Source of the DNA: Verrucomicrobiota bacterium
Lineage (GTDB): Bacteria; Verrucomicrobiota; Verrucomicrobiia; Chthoniobacterales; JAFAMB01
DNA: 43,396 nucleotides
Direction of reading: 5' to 3'
NCBI GenBank assembly: GCA_019237325.1
Contig: JAFAHI010000679.1
Span: 1 to 43,396 of the forward strand
Part shown: piece by piece, positions 14,651 through 22,580 of the stretch
Layout: each line of letters begins with the position of its first letter
How positions within the stretch are numbered: the stretch's first letter is position 1
The notes under the pieces: model-generated
Database searches by the model: none
Seen by the model: only the letters and a program-made list of their open reading frames with translations
What the model was told of the DNA's origin: nothing
Translations under genes and position numbers: made by a program

Positions 14651-15141
14651 AAGGTGAGAAGTGAGACGTGAGAAGTGAGAGGCCTGCCTGAGCCCGGTGA
14701 AAGGTGATCGGTGATTGGTGATTGGTGATTGGTGGACCGCAGCTGCCGCCTTGGCTAATCAGGCCTTGATTCATGAGCCGATGCCCAGCTCCGTAGGAGC
14801 GAAACCTTTATAGCCCCAGCCAGGTATACGCGGACAGCTCCGTTAGGAGCGGCATCTACGAGCGGGCGGCTCCGGTCAAATTACGTTCCAAGCTAGATGT
14901 CGCTCCTACGGAACTGACCCGTTTTTTGCGGCGCCAGCTATAAAGATTTCGCTCCTACGGAGCTGAGCATTGCGTTGCTGAGTCAGAGCCGGGGATGATC
15001 TGGCGCTTTACAATCCCGCGCTTACGCAACTAGACCTCTGCGTCTGACCGCTCATTTCCTCATTTCCTTGGACTCCTCGCTAGGCTATTCTAAAAACCCG
15101 CGCACCTACCCCTTCTCACCTCTCACTTCTTACTTCTCACT
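14651..15141. repeat. GTGAGAA/GTGAGAC heptamer arms (long-range inverted pair) plus a GGTGATT tandem array
   Basis: 'aaggtgagaagtgagacgtgagaagtgagagg' at 14651-14682 and the inverted 'ccttctcacctctcacttcttacttctcact' at 15111-15141. '(ggtgatt)n' at 14696-14735. The pair encloses MITE-like copy 2. Confidence 0.65.
14786..14965. repeat. MITE-like nested palindrome, copy 2
   Basis: A 14786-14813, B 14835-14857, B' 14895-14916, A' 14938-14965. Same orientation and architecture as copy 1. Confidence 0.75.
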
Positions 15142-15149
15142 CCAAGAGT

Positions 15150-16544
15150 ATGTACGTTGAACGATTCTTTGTTTCTGGACTGGCGCATGCGTCTTACATC
15201 GTGACATCGGACGGCGAAGCGATGGTCATTGATCCCGAACGGAGGGTGGATGGCTACTTGGATTATCTGGCTAAGAACAAGTTGTCCCTGAAAGAAATTT
15301 TTCTGACGCATCCGCATGCGGATTTCGTGGCCGGTCATGCCGAATTGGCCGCACGAACGGGCGCACCAATTTTTATCTCCGATCAGGCTCCAGCCACCTT
15401 TGCGCACCAAGATCTCAAGGAAGGTGACCGTTTCAAGGTAGGGTCGCTTGAGATAACAGTTTTGCACACGCCCGGTCACTCACCGGACAGCATCTGTCTG
15501 TGCGTCTACCAAAATCGAGGCCCGGTCGCAGTGTTCTCCGGCGATACGCTTTTTGCAGGCGATGTTGGCCGACCTGATCTACGGGATCGCGAACTTCCGG
15601 CTACCGATCTGGCCACTCGGCTTTACGACTCGCTCTTCAACAAACTTCTAAAACTTCCTCCGGAAACGAAAGTTTATCCCGCGCACGGTGCGGGGTCACT
15701 GTGCGGCCGCCAGATTTCTTCGGCGCCGTTCACCACCATCGGTCAGGAGATGGCAACGAACTGGGCTCTGCAATTGACCAACCAGCAGCAATTTGTCGAC
15801 GCCATGGTGAGCAACTTGCCGGATCGCCCAGTTTATTTCGGCCGTTCCGTGACCATTAATCTGCGCGGCGCCCCACGCTTTTCCGAGCTCCCCGAAATCG
15901 AGCGCCTGGAAATCTCCGAGTTCGATGCGCTGAGACAAGAGGGTGGGACCGTCTTGGATTTGCGGGCTCCGGCTCTGTTTGGTGATGCCCATATTGCAGG
16001 TAGTTTGAACATTGGGATTGCTAGTCCATCGTTCGCAGTTTGGTGCGGGTTTTTTGTTAACCCCGACCTGCCGATCCTTTTAGTAGCTGACTATGAATCG
16101 GAGGTAGAACACGCCCGTCTGGAATTGGCCCGGATCGGGTTTGACCAGATCCTGGGTTTTATTCCGGCGGATGATTTAGGTGAAACCCTGCAAATCACTC
16201 AGATCGGAGCTCGCGATTTTGTTGAATTGTTGGAAAGCGGACAACGCCCCACCGTTCTGGATGTCAGGTCTGTGCCGGAATGGACCCAGGATCATTTGGA
16301 GGGCGCAGTGAATATCCCATTGCCGCGACTTGCGCAACGGACAGGTAGTTTTCCTCGTAACGCGCCTCTGACCATTTTATGCGGGAGCGGTTACCGTAGC
16401 TCCATCGCGGCGAGCTTTCTTGAAGCCGAAGGGTTCGAACGCCTGAGTAACGTCATGGGCGGCATGCACGCGGTTCGCCACGCCACGCGTCCTCGGCTGG
16501 TATCCCTCGAACGCGCCGAGACGGCGTTAACATGGGAAATCTAA
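15150..16544 (+). CDS. MBL-fold hydrolase fused to rhodanese domains (persulfide dioxygenase / sulfurtransferase-like)
   Basis: 464 aa. Metallo-beta-lactamase motif 'LTHPHADFVAGH', then two rhodanese-like modules. The last carries the active-site loop 'ILCGSGYRSS'. Confidence 0.85.
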   Translation: MYVERFFVSGLAHASYIVTSDGEAMVIDPERRVDGYLDYLAKNKLSLKEIFLTHPHADFVAGHAELAARTGAPIFISDQAPATFAHQDLKEGDRFKVGSLEITVLHTPGHSPDSICLCVYQNRGPVAVFSGDTLFAGDVGRPDLRDRELPATDLATRLYDSLFNKLLKLPPETKVYPAHGAGSLCGRQISSAPFTTIGQEMATNWALQLTNQQQFVDAMVSNLPDRPVYFGRSVTINLRGAPRFSELPEIERLEISEFDALRQEGGTVLDLRAPALFGDAHIAGSLNIGIASPSFAVWCGFFVNPDLPILLVADYESEVEHARLELARIGFDQILGFIPADDLGETLQITQIGARDFVELLESGQRPTVLDVRSVPEWTQDHLEGAVNIPLPRLAQRTGSFPRNAPLTILCGSGYRSSIAASFLEAEGFERLSNVMGGMHAVRHATRPRLVSLERAETALTWEI

Positions 16545-16560
16545 GCTGCGCCCGCCTACC

Positions 16561-16917
16561 CTAACCCAATGCGCTCTTCAATAGCCCTGGCACCGCTTCA
16601 AACGGAGCGAACGGTAAATTGTAACGTTCTTTTAATTCCTCCGGGCCAGTAAAGGTCACATGCACTTGACCGGCTTCTTCCCAAACCAAGGCTTTCAACG
16701 GCAGATCCAGAGCCAGACCTGGGTATTGTACCATCAACGGTGTCCCCGCCTTAGGATTCCCGAACAGGAGGAGGATGGTGGGCCGCAGTTCTAAGCCAAC
16801 AGCAGCAGCCTCCGCCGCTTGATCGATCCGGGCAAAAATCTTCATTCCTTTACCGGAAAGAAACGATTCCAATAAATCCGCCGTTTCTTGTGCAGGGTGC
16901 GAACTAATGAAATCCAT
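16561..16917 (-). CDS. DUF302-like small protein
   Basis: 118 aa. 'IFARIDQAAEAAAVGLELRPTILLLFGNPKAGTPLM' resembles the DUF302 consensus as I recall it. Confidence 0.65.
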   Translation of the reverse strand: MDFISSHPAQETADLLESFLSGKGMKIFARIDQAAEAAAVGLELRPTILLLFGNPKAGTPLMVQYPGLALDLPLKALVWEEAGQVHVTFTGPEELKERYNLPFAPFEAVPGLLKSALG

Positions 16918-16922
16918 GACTC

Positions 16923-17006
16923 GGTGTGAGACGTGAGAAGTGATTAGTGAAAAGTGATAGGTAATCGGTTACCGCGCGCGGTACCTCTCACATCTCACTT
17001 CTCACC
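16923..17006. repeat. Hairpin element with GTGAGAN/GTGATAG heptamer arms
   Basis: 'ggtgtgagacgtgagaagtgattagtgaaaagtgataggt' at 16923-16962 and the inverted 'acctctcacatctcacttctcacc' at 16983-17006. Confidence 0.75.
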
Positions 17007-17011
17007 GATTT

Positions 17012-17779
17012 TTATTGTTCGCTATAGTTCCAGGTTAGACCGCCGTCGATGACGATGGTAGCACCGGTGATATAATCGGCGTCTGACGAGGCCAGAAAAG
17101 CCGCTACTCCAGCGACATCACTCACCTGTCCCAGACGGCCGAGCGGAATATTCTCGAGCAGCGCCTTCAATTTAACCGGGTCATTCAGAAGGGCGGTGTT
17201 AATCGGTGTCTCGATCGCGCCGGGGGCGATGTTATTGACCGTGATTCCGTAAGGCGCCAATTCGATCGAAAGGTTTCGCATCATCATTTTCATGCCGCCT
17301 TTGCTGGCACAATAAGAAGTGAAATGCGGAAACGGCAGATCTTCGTGTACCGAGCTGACGTTGATAATCTTACCCGGCTTTTTCACGGCCATGCGGTGCT
17401 GAACAAACGCTTGGCTGGCGAAGTAAGCGCCTTTCAAATTGATATTCAAAACCAGATCGTAGTCGTGCTCGGATGCTTCCCAGATCGAGGCATGCTTTTC
17501 CACGCCCGCGTTGTTGATGAGCACATCGACGGCGCCGCAGTAGTCGATGGCTTGCTTCATCATACCATGAATCTGGTCGACCGATGAGATGTCGGCTTCT
17601 ACGGCTAAAGCCTTGCGTCCTCTCTTCTCAATTTGCGCAACTGTGTCATTCGCCGATTGCGGGTTCCCTACAAAGTCGATGACAATATTTGCGCCTTGGT
17701 CGGCTAGCCGATAAGCGATCCCTTGGCCAATACCCTGGCCTCCCCCTGTGATGAGCACCGTTTTACCTTCGAGTTTCAT
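17012..17779 (-). CDS. Short-chain dehydrogenase/reductase (glucose 1-dehydrogenase-like)
   Basis: 255 aa with 'TGGGQGIGQG', 'NNAG' and catalytic 'YCASKGG'. Confidence 0.9.
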   Translation of the reverse strand: MKLEGKTVLITGGGQGIGQGIAYRLADQGANIVIDFVGNPQSANDTVAQIEKRGRKALAVEADISSVDQIHGMMKQAIDYCGAVDVLINNAGVEKHASIWEASEHDYDLVLNINLKGAYFASQAFVQHRMAVKKPGKIINVSSVHEDLPFPHFTSYCASKGGMKMMMRNLSIELAPYGITVNNIAPGAIETPINTALLNDPVKLKALLENIPLGRLGQVSDVAGVAAFLASSDADYITGATIVIDGGLTWNYSEQ

Positions 17780-18006
17780 AAGCGTTTTTCGATTGAACTC
17801 TCTGAGATGCGAAAGCCTCTAATCGCTTACCGCGTTTTAGCAACCGAATTCACCACCGGGAGACAGAGGAGGCAGAGGATTTCACGACAACGACACAAAG
17901 AGCGCCAAGATTGGGAGACAAAAGTTGCCTTAAGCATGAGACCTAAATGTTGATGGTTAGCTTTCGAGCCGGAACTGGACTGCCGCAATTATACTTAAGG
18001 AGCAGA

Positions 18007-18034
18007 TTGGTGGGACGAGGCCTCGCCCCACCAA
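18007..18034. repeat. Near-perfect 28-nt palindrome ttggtgggacgaggcctcgccccaccaa
   Basis: Read directly. It lies in the divergent promoter region between the two SDR genes. Confidence 0.6.
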
Positions 18035-18104
18035 GCTTTAGTCAATGCGCAGCCGCCGAGCTCCGCTGGCAATTGCTGACGGGACGTGATCCACTAAGAG
18101 AATC

Positions 18105-18917
18105 ATGAAAAAGGATTTGTTTGATCTTACCGGCCAGGTGGGAGTGGTCATCGGGGCGACGGGAGTTCTCGGCGGAGCCATTAGCCAAGCCTTGGCCGCC
18201 GCCGGCGCCAGCGTTGCTGTGCTCGGGCGGAACACGCAGCACGGTCAAGCTCGAGTTGCAGCAATCCGAGAACAGGGCGGCACAGCCGATTTTTTTCCCG
18301 CGGACGCACTCGATCGAGATTCGCTACGGATCGCGAAAGAGAAAATCATCCAACAATGGCGGACACCTACAATCCTAGTGAATGCGGCCGGTGGAAACGA
18401 TCCTAAGGTCACCGTTACCGGCGACCTGCCTTTCGAGAAGATTCCAACGGACGATTGGCGCACCAGTTTTGATCTGAACTTGACCGCGGGAGCTTTCCTG
18501 CCCTGTCAGGAGATCGGGTCCGCTATGAAAGACGCTGGTCAGGGCAGCATCATCAATATCGCTAGTATCGCTGCCCATGTCCCTTTGTCGCGGGTGGTGG
18601 CATACGCCGCCGCCAAGTCGGCTCTGCTCAACCTGACTCAATTCCTCGCCCGCGAGTGGGCCCCTTACGGAGTTCGGGTGAATTCCATCACGCCCGGGTT
18701 TTTCCCCGGCGAGCAAAATCGTCGCCTGCTTTTCAACGAGAATGGCGCCCCGACCGAAAGAGGTGGGGCTATCCTCAATCACACTCCGATGAAGCGATTT
18801 GGCCGGCCGGATGAATTGGCCGGAGCAGCCGTCTTTTTGGCTAGCCCAGCCGCTAGCAGCTTCGTGACGGGAATGGACTTACGAGTTGACGGCGGGTTCT
18901 TAGCTCAGACGCTGTGA
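18105..18917 (+). CDS. Short-chain dehydrogenase/reductase (gluconate 5-dehydrogenase / mannonate oxidoreductase-like)
   Basis: 270 aa with 'GATGVLGGA', 'NAAGG' and catalytic 'YAAAKSA'. Confidence 0.9.
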   Translation: MKKDLFDLTGQVGVVIGATGVLGGAISQALAAAGASVAVLGRNTQHGQARVAAIREQGGTADFFPADALDRDSLRIAKEKIIQQWRTPTILVNAAGGNDPKVTVTGDLPFEKIPTDDWRTSFDLNLTAGAFLPCQEIGSAMKDAGQGSIINIASIAAHVPLSRVVAYAAAKSALLNLTQFLAREWAPYGVRVNSITPGFFPGEQNRRLLFNENGAPTERGGAILNHTPMKRFGRPDELAGAAVFLASPAASSFVTGMDLRVDGGFLAQTL

Positions 18918-18934
18918 CGTTAGGCAAAACTTCG

Positions 18935-18958
18935 AGCCCGGGTTTTTTAACCCGGGCT
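18935..18958. terminator. Hairpin between convergent genes (10-bp stem agcccgggtt / aacccgggct, TTTT loop)
   Basis: Located 18 nt after the SDR stop and 69 nt after the stop of the minus-strand gene. No flanking U-tract, so the call is weak. Confidence 0.45.
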
Positions 18959-19026
18959 GAGTCGTATGGTATTTGCCGAGCAGAGATCAAATCCGCCACA
19001 CGATCCAGACGGATTCGCTGCAGCGG

Positions 19027-19287
19027 TTACCGATAATACCAGCGACCGCGATTCCAATAACGACCGCGCCAATACGGATGCGCGTAGTAGCGGTAGCCGT
19101 AAGGCCCCCAATAATAGCCTGCACCATAGTAGCCCGGACCGTACCAACCAGGACCCGGACCATAATAGGCGGGTACTGGAACCGGGACAGGTAAAGGAAA
19201 ACCGATCCACCATCCGGCTTTTGCCGGCACCTGGGAGGCCAGGTTTACGGCGAATACAAGCGCTAAAACTAAAAACAATTTTTTCAT
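19027..19287 (-). CDS. Secreted Gly/Tyr/Pro/Trp-rich miniprotein
   Basis: Trimmed to ATG 19287 (MKKLFLVLALVFAVNLASQVPAKA signal peptide). The mature part is 'GWWIGFPLPVPVPVPAYYGPGPGWYGPGYYGAGYYWGPYGYRYYAHPYWRGRYWNRGRWYYR'. Confidence 0.6.
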   Translation of the reverse strand: MKKLFLVLALVFAVNLASQVPAKAGWWIGFPLPVPVPVPAYYGPGPGWYGPGYYGAGYYWGPYGYRYYAHPYWRGRYWNRGRWYYR

Positions 19288-19389
19288 AGCGTGCTCACGA
19301 GAAAAGACGAACAAGCGAGGACTTGGTTACTTGTAACCTTCCCCATTCCCACTCGTTGACGCCATCGGCGCCCTTGTCGACCGTACCGT

Positions 19390-20337
19390 ATGCTTGACCT
19401 ATTCGCGGCTTTCGATCGGGACCGTCTGGCAGCCCGCCTTAAGGCCTTGGCCCAAGCTCAAATCTTCATCGGCACGTCGTCATGGAAATATGAAGGCTGG
19501 CTGGGGATGCTTTATGACCGGGCTAACTACGAGAATCGTTCGCGGTTCTCAAAAACCCGGTTCGAACAGGAATGTCTGTACGAATACAGCCAATATTTCC
19601 CGAGTGTTTGTGTCGATGCCGGCTATTATCGATTTCCCGAAGAGCGTTATTTAGAAAAGCTCGTCGGTCAAGTCCCCAGCAGTTTTAAATTCACCTGGAA
19701 AGTCACCGATGAAATCACTCTTCGACGGTTTCCTAAGTTGCCGCGTTTTGGTGACAGGAAGGGTCAATTGAATCAAAATTTCCTGAATGCCGAGCTCTGC
19801 TACAACTCATTCCTTCGGCTGCTAGAGCCGTATCGCGAGCAAGTCGGATCTTTGGTGTTCGAGTTTGCTGAATTTCGCCCCGGCGATTTCAAGGGCGAAG
19901 ACGATTTTCTGCTGCAGCTGGAGAACTTTCTTCAAGCTCTGCCACGGGGCTGGCCTTATTCGGTCGAAATCCGGACCGAAAAATTCTTTACCACTGGTTA
20001 CTTGGAGGTGTTGGCCAAACATGGTGTTGCTCACGTTCTAAGCCAATGGTCCTACATGCCGGAAGTCAGCGAACAGCTTAAAGATCCCGGCATTTTCACC
20101 GCGGATTTTCGAGTGGCCCGGTTCCTTTTGCGACGTGGGAGACCGTACGAACGGGCAGTTCAGATCTTTAGCCCCTACGCCGAAACCCGCGAAGTAAACG
20201 AGGATGCGCGCAGCGCAGCTCGCCGCCTGATTTTTGATCTCCGGCCTGAAGAGGTGAAACCGCTCTTCTTATACGTGAACAACCGGCTTGAGGGCAACGC
20301 GCTGAATACCATATGGAGCGTTATACATGGTGATTAG
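19390..20337 (+). CDS. DUF72 family protein
   Basis: 315 aa. 'IFIGTSSWKYEGWLGMLY' and the overall length match the DUF72/UPF0759 pattern as I recall it. Confidence 0.8.
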   Translation: MLDLFAAFDRDRLAARLKALAQAQIFIGTSSWKYEGWLGMLYDRANYENRSRFSKTRFEQECLYEYSQYFPSVCVDAGYYRFPEERYLEKLVGQVPSSFKFTWKVTDEITLRRFPKLPRFGDRKGQLNQNFLNAELCYNSFLRLLEPYREQVGSLVFEFAEFRPGDFKGEDDFLLQLENFLQALPRGWPYSVEIRTEKFFTTGYLEVLAKHGVAHVLSQWSYMPEVSEQLKDPGIFTADFRVARFLLRRGRPYERAVQIFSPYAETREVNEDARSAARRLIFDLRPEEVKPLFLYVNNRLEGNALNTIWSVIHGD

Positions 20338-20360
20338 GGCGGTGGGCTTCGGTCGCGAAA

Positions 20361-20557
20361 GTAAGCAGTAATCAGTAGGTCAGTAATCAGTACAGGATTC
20401 AGGAGCCAGGAGGGCGGATCGTATCGGCATGAGGCAAAGCATGAGCACTTTCGCGGGAAGAAGGCAGACTAAATGGTGATTTCTTGCTCGCCGGCGCGCT
20501 AGGCAGTAGTGGCGGAACCTCCTGGATCCTGGCTCCTGACTCCTACACTGATTACTC
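20361..20557. repeat. Hairpin element with CAGTAAT and CAGGAGC heptamer arms
   Basis: Left 'gtaagcagtaatcagtaggtcagtaatcagtacaggattcaggagccaggagg' at 20361-20413. Inverted right arm 'cctcctggatcctggctcctgactcctacactgattactc' at 20518-20557. Confidence 0.75.
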
Positions 20558-20596
20558 GCCGATTTGGCCCACGGTGTTGATCCGCAGATGGATGCT

Positions 20597-20818
20597 CTAT
20601 TGCCGAAGGAGCTCTGCCAAGTGCCCTAGGGCTGCTGAATCTGTGGCGATTTGGGCGAGGATAGCATCTTGCTCTTTTTGGCTCCTGGCGTATGAGCCTT
20701 CCGCCAATAAACGTAGATGGTCGTCTAACTCGGGATCCAGGGCGATCCGGCCCGAGACCTCGCCGGGCATCCTGCCAAGGAAACCGAGTACGGCTCGAAA
20801 CTGTTGTTCTTCTGTCAT
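20597..20818 (-). CDS. Small acidic anti-sigma-like paralog 3
   Basis: 73 aa 'MTEEQQFRAVLGFLGRMPGEVSGR...LAEGSYARSQKEQDAIL...LGHLAELLRQ'. It shares the motif frame with 20986..21246 and 21531..21758. Confidence 0.6.
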   Translation of the reverse strand: MTEEQQFRAVLGFLGRMPGEVSGRIALDPELDDHLRLLAEGSYARSQKEQDAILAQIATDSAALGHLAELLRQ

Positions 20819-20985
20819 TCTGTAAAACTGGGTCGCTCCGCTCGGTCAGGTCGTTGCTGCATTGTTCATGTCAAAAAAATTGCCTGAACACAGCAGCGCA
20901 CTAGCCAATGCGGTCACTAGAAAGGACGCTCGTCCGCGAGAACAGTTGCAGGAATTCGTCCTTGATCCACAAATGCCACCGCGGC

Positions 20986-21246
20986 TCATTGATCCTCCCG
21001 CGACACTTGATCTTGGAGATATGCGGCCAATCGCCTAAGTAGTTCCGGGCTACCGACGAGCTCTTCGAGCAGGTAATTTCGTTCTTCGGAGCTTAGCCCC
21101 CCACCCGCGAGCGCCCTCAAGCGTTCATCGGTCTCAGCCGGAAGATCCCCGGTCATACGGCCAAACACGTCCGCAGAGGTGTCATCCGAAAAATGGAGAA
21201 GCGCGCGAAATTGATCACCGTCCAGCAACGTACGAATTGCTTTCAT
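20986..21246 (-). CDS. Small acidic anti-sigma-like paralog 2
   Basis: 86 aa '...DGDQFRALLHF...FGRMTGDL...LRALAGGGLSSEERNYLLEELVGSPELLRRLAAYL'. Confidence 0.6.
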   Translation of the reverse strand: MKAIRTLLDGDQFRALLHFSDDTSADVFGRMTGDLPAETDERLRALAGGGLSSEERNYLLEELVGSPELLRRLAAYLQDQVSREDQ

Positions 21247-21353
21247 TCAATTTTTCCTTGGGAAACAACAATTTGCTCCCTAAGAAGGAGTGCTGGTTAC
21301 GCGCTGATTGCAGGAAATTTGCAGGAGCTAGGAGGATGCGGCCAGTCGGTGTC

Positions 21354-21511
21354 TCGTCCTCGTACTCGTCGTCGTCCTCGTCCTCGTCCTCGAAGCGCTT
21401 GTCCCATCGTTTTCGATGAACCCTTTAGCTCGATCTCTGGGTACTTCGACGCGTCATCCGCGATCCACCCTTCAAAGTCGAGGACGAGGACGACGACGAG
21501 TACGAGGACGA
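21354..21511. repeat. Hairpin element with (GAGGAC/GACGAC)n arms, about 34-bp near-perfect inverted repeat, 84-nt spacer
   Basis: Left 'tcgtcctcgtactcgtcgtcgtcctcgtcctcgtcctcga' at 21354-21393. Right 'tcgaggacgaggacgacgacgagtacgaggacga' at 21478-21511. Confidence 0.85.
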
Positions 21512-21530
21512 TTGCAATTAAGCTTACAGC

Positions 21531-21758
21531 CTAGCTGCGCAGGCAGGAAGCCAGCAATTCCAGGCCGGCTCGGTTGCCTGAGACTGCCAGCAGGGTCTGT
21601 TCACGTTCGTTGTCGTCGAGCGTTCCGGCCGCTAAACCGCGGATTTTTGCCTCCAGCTCGGCATCGAGTGATTCAGCCGATCGGCCGCTTACGTCGCTCC
21701 CGAACCGTTCCAGGAACCCAACCAAGGCCCTGAATTGATCTTCTTCGTCCATGTCCAA
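21531..21758 (-). CDS. Small acidic anti-sigma-like paralog 1
   Basis: 75 aa 'MDMDEEDQFRALVGFLERFGSDVSGR...LAAGTLDDNEREQTLLAVSGNRAGLELLASCL'. It starts 15 nt after the sigma gene stop. Confidence 0.65.
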   Translation of the reverse strand: MDMDEEDQFRALVGFLERFGSDVSGRSAESLDAELEAKIRGLAAGTLDDNEREQTLLAVSGNRAGLELLASCLRS

Positions 21759-21773
21759 ATCTGCCGTGCGGTC

Positions 21774-22472
21774 TCAAAAACTATCGAAAATCGAAATCGA
21801 TTCCGACGCACAAAGCCTTACACAATCATTCCAAGTAATCTCTAAGAAAGGATCAAGCAACTTAAGGTTCCAAAGCAAGCGCCGTTTAATGGCCGCTTTG
21901 GTCTGGTCAAGGTCGCGGCTAATCGTCGCCGCGTGGCAGCCAAACATTCTGGCGAGACGTTGTTGCTCGACGCCATGTAAATAGACTAAACGGAGACAAA
22001 CCGACTCGCGAGGGGTTAGGCTGCTCAAGCTATCGGATAATGCATCTGCTAAAAGGGCGAGCACATCCGAATTATCATGCGCCGCTCCATCGGACCCATC
22101 GCCTCTATCCGCCGGCGAAGCGTCCTGATCCGGCTGCGGCTCAACTCCTCTTTCGCGCTTCCGATAGCCTGGACCGCGCCACCAGCTCTTCAATCGAGAG
22201 AGAGCCACAACCGTAATCCATGACCTCAATGAAGCGCGACCTTGATACATCTCCAAAAGCTTGACGGTTTTACCGTCACGGTCGACGCCCGCTAACAGGT
22301 CACCGGGGAGATCTTCAATAATCTCCCGCGCTTTTTCCTCGGAATCTGAGTCAGTACATTTCGAGAGCAGGACAGCCAAGCTGTAAGGTAACTCTTCGAG
22401 GACTGCATTGACAGCCGCTGAATCGCCCCCTAGCGCTGCCTGGGCGATATTCAAATCGTCTTGGTTCACCAT
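21774..22472 (-). CDS. ECF-like sigma-70 family factor
   Basis: Trimmed to ATG 22472 (MVNQDDL...), 232 aa. Region-2-like 'LRSWITVVALSRLKSWWR', an acidic linker, and region 4 HTH 'LTPRESVCLRLVYLHGVEQQRLARMFGCHAATISRDLDQTKAAIKRRL'. Confidence 0.75.
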   Translation of the reverse strand: MVNQDDLNIAQAALGGDSAAVNAVLEELPYSLAVLLSKCTDSDSEEKAREIIEDLPGDLLAGVDRDGKTVKLLEMYQGRASLRSWITVVALSRLKSWWRGPGYRKRERGVEPQPDQDASPADRGDGSDGAAHDNSDVLALLADALSDSLSSLTPRESVCLRLVYLHGVEQQRLARMFGCHAATISRDLDQTKAAIKRRLLWNLKLLDPFLEITWNDCVRLCASESISIFDSF

Positions 22473-22580
22473 ACCGACACTGACCGGCCCAGGATAGCGA
22501 TGCTGACAAGAAAGTCTACGAAAATGCAAACAAGCTAGGAGATAGAATGCAGGAGATAGGAGAGCGTTTCAAACTATCAT

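Noticed and set aside
14471-14735. Possible CRISPR array, given the regularly spaced short repeats
   Set aside because: The units are only 7-8 nt, directly tandem with no spacers, and occur as inverted pairs. There are no cas genes in the window, so this is not CRISPR.
15123-15479. 118-aa minus-strand ORF overlapping the start of the MBL-rhodanese gene
   Set aside because: It is antisense to a strongly supported gene, and its 3' end runs into the TCTCAC array.
21193-21733. Plus-strand ORFs rich in Arg/Ser/Pro (113, 60 and 105 aa) between and over the mini anti-sigma genes
   Set aside because: They are generated by the (GAGGAC)n inverted repeat and are antisense to conserved-looking paralogs. 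Their composition is low complexity.
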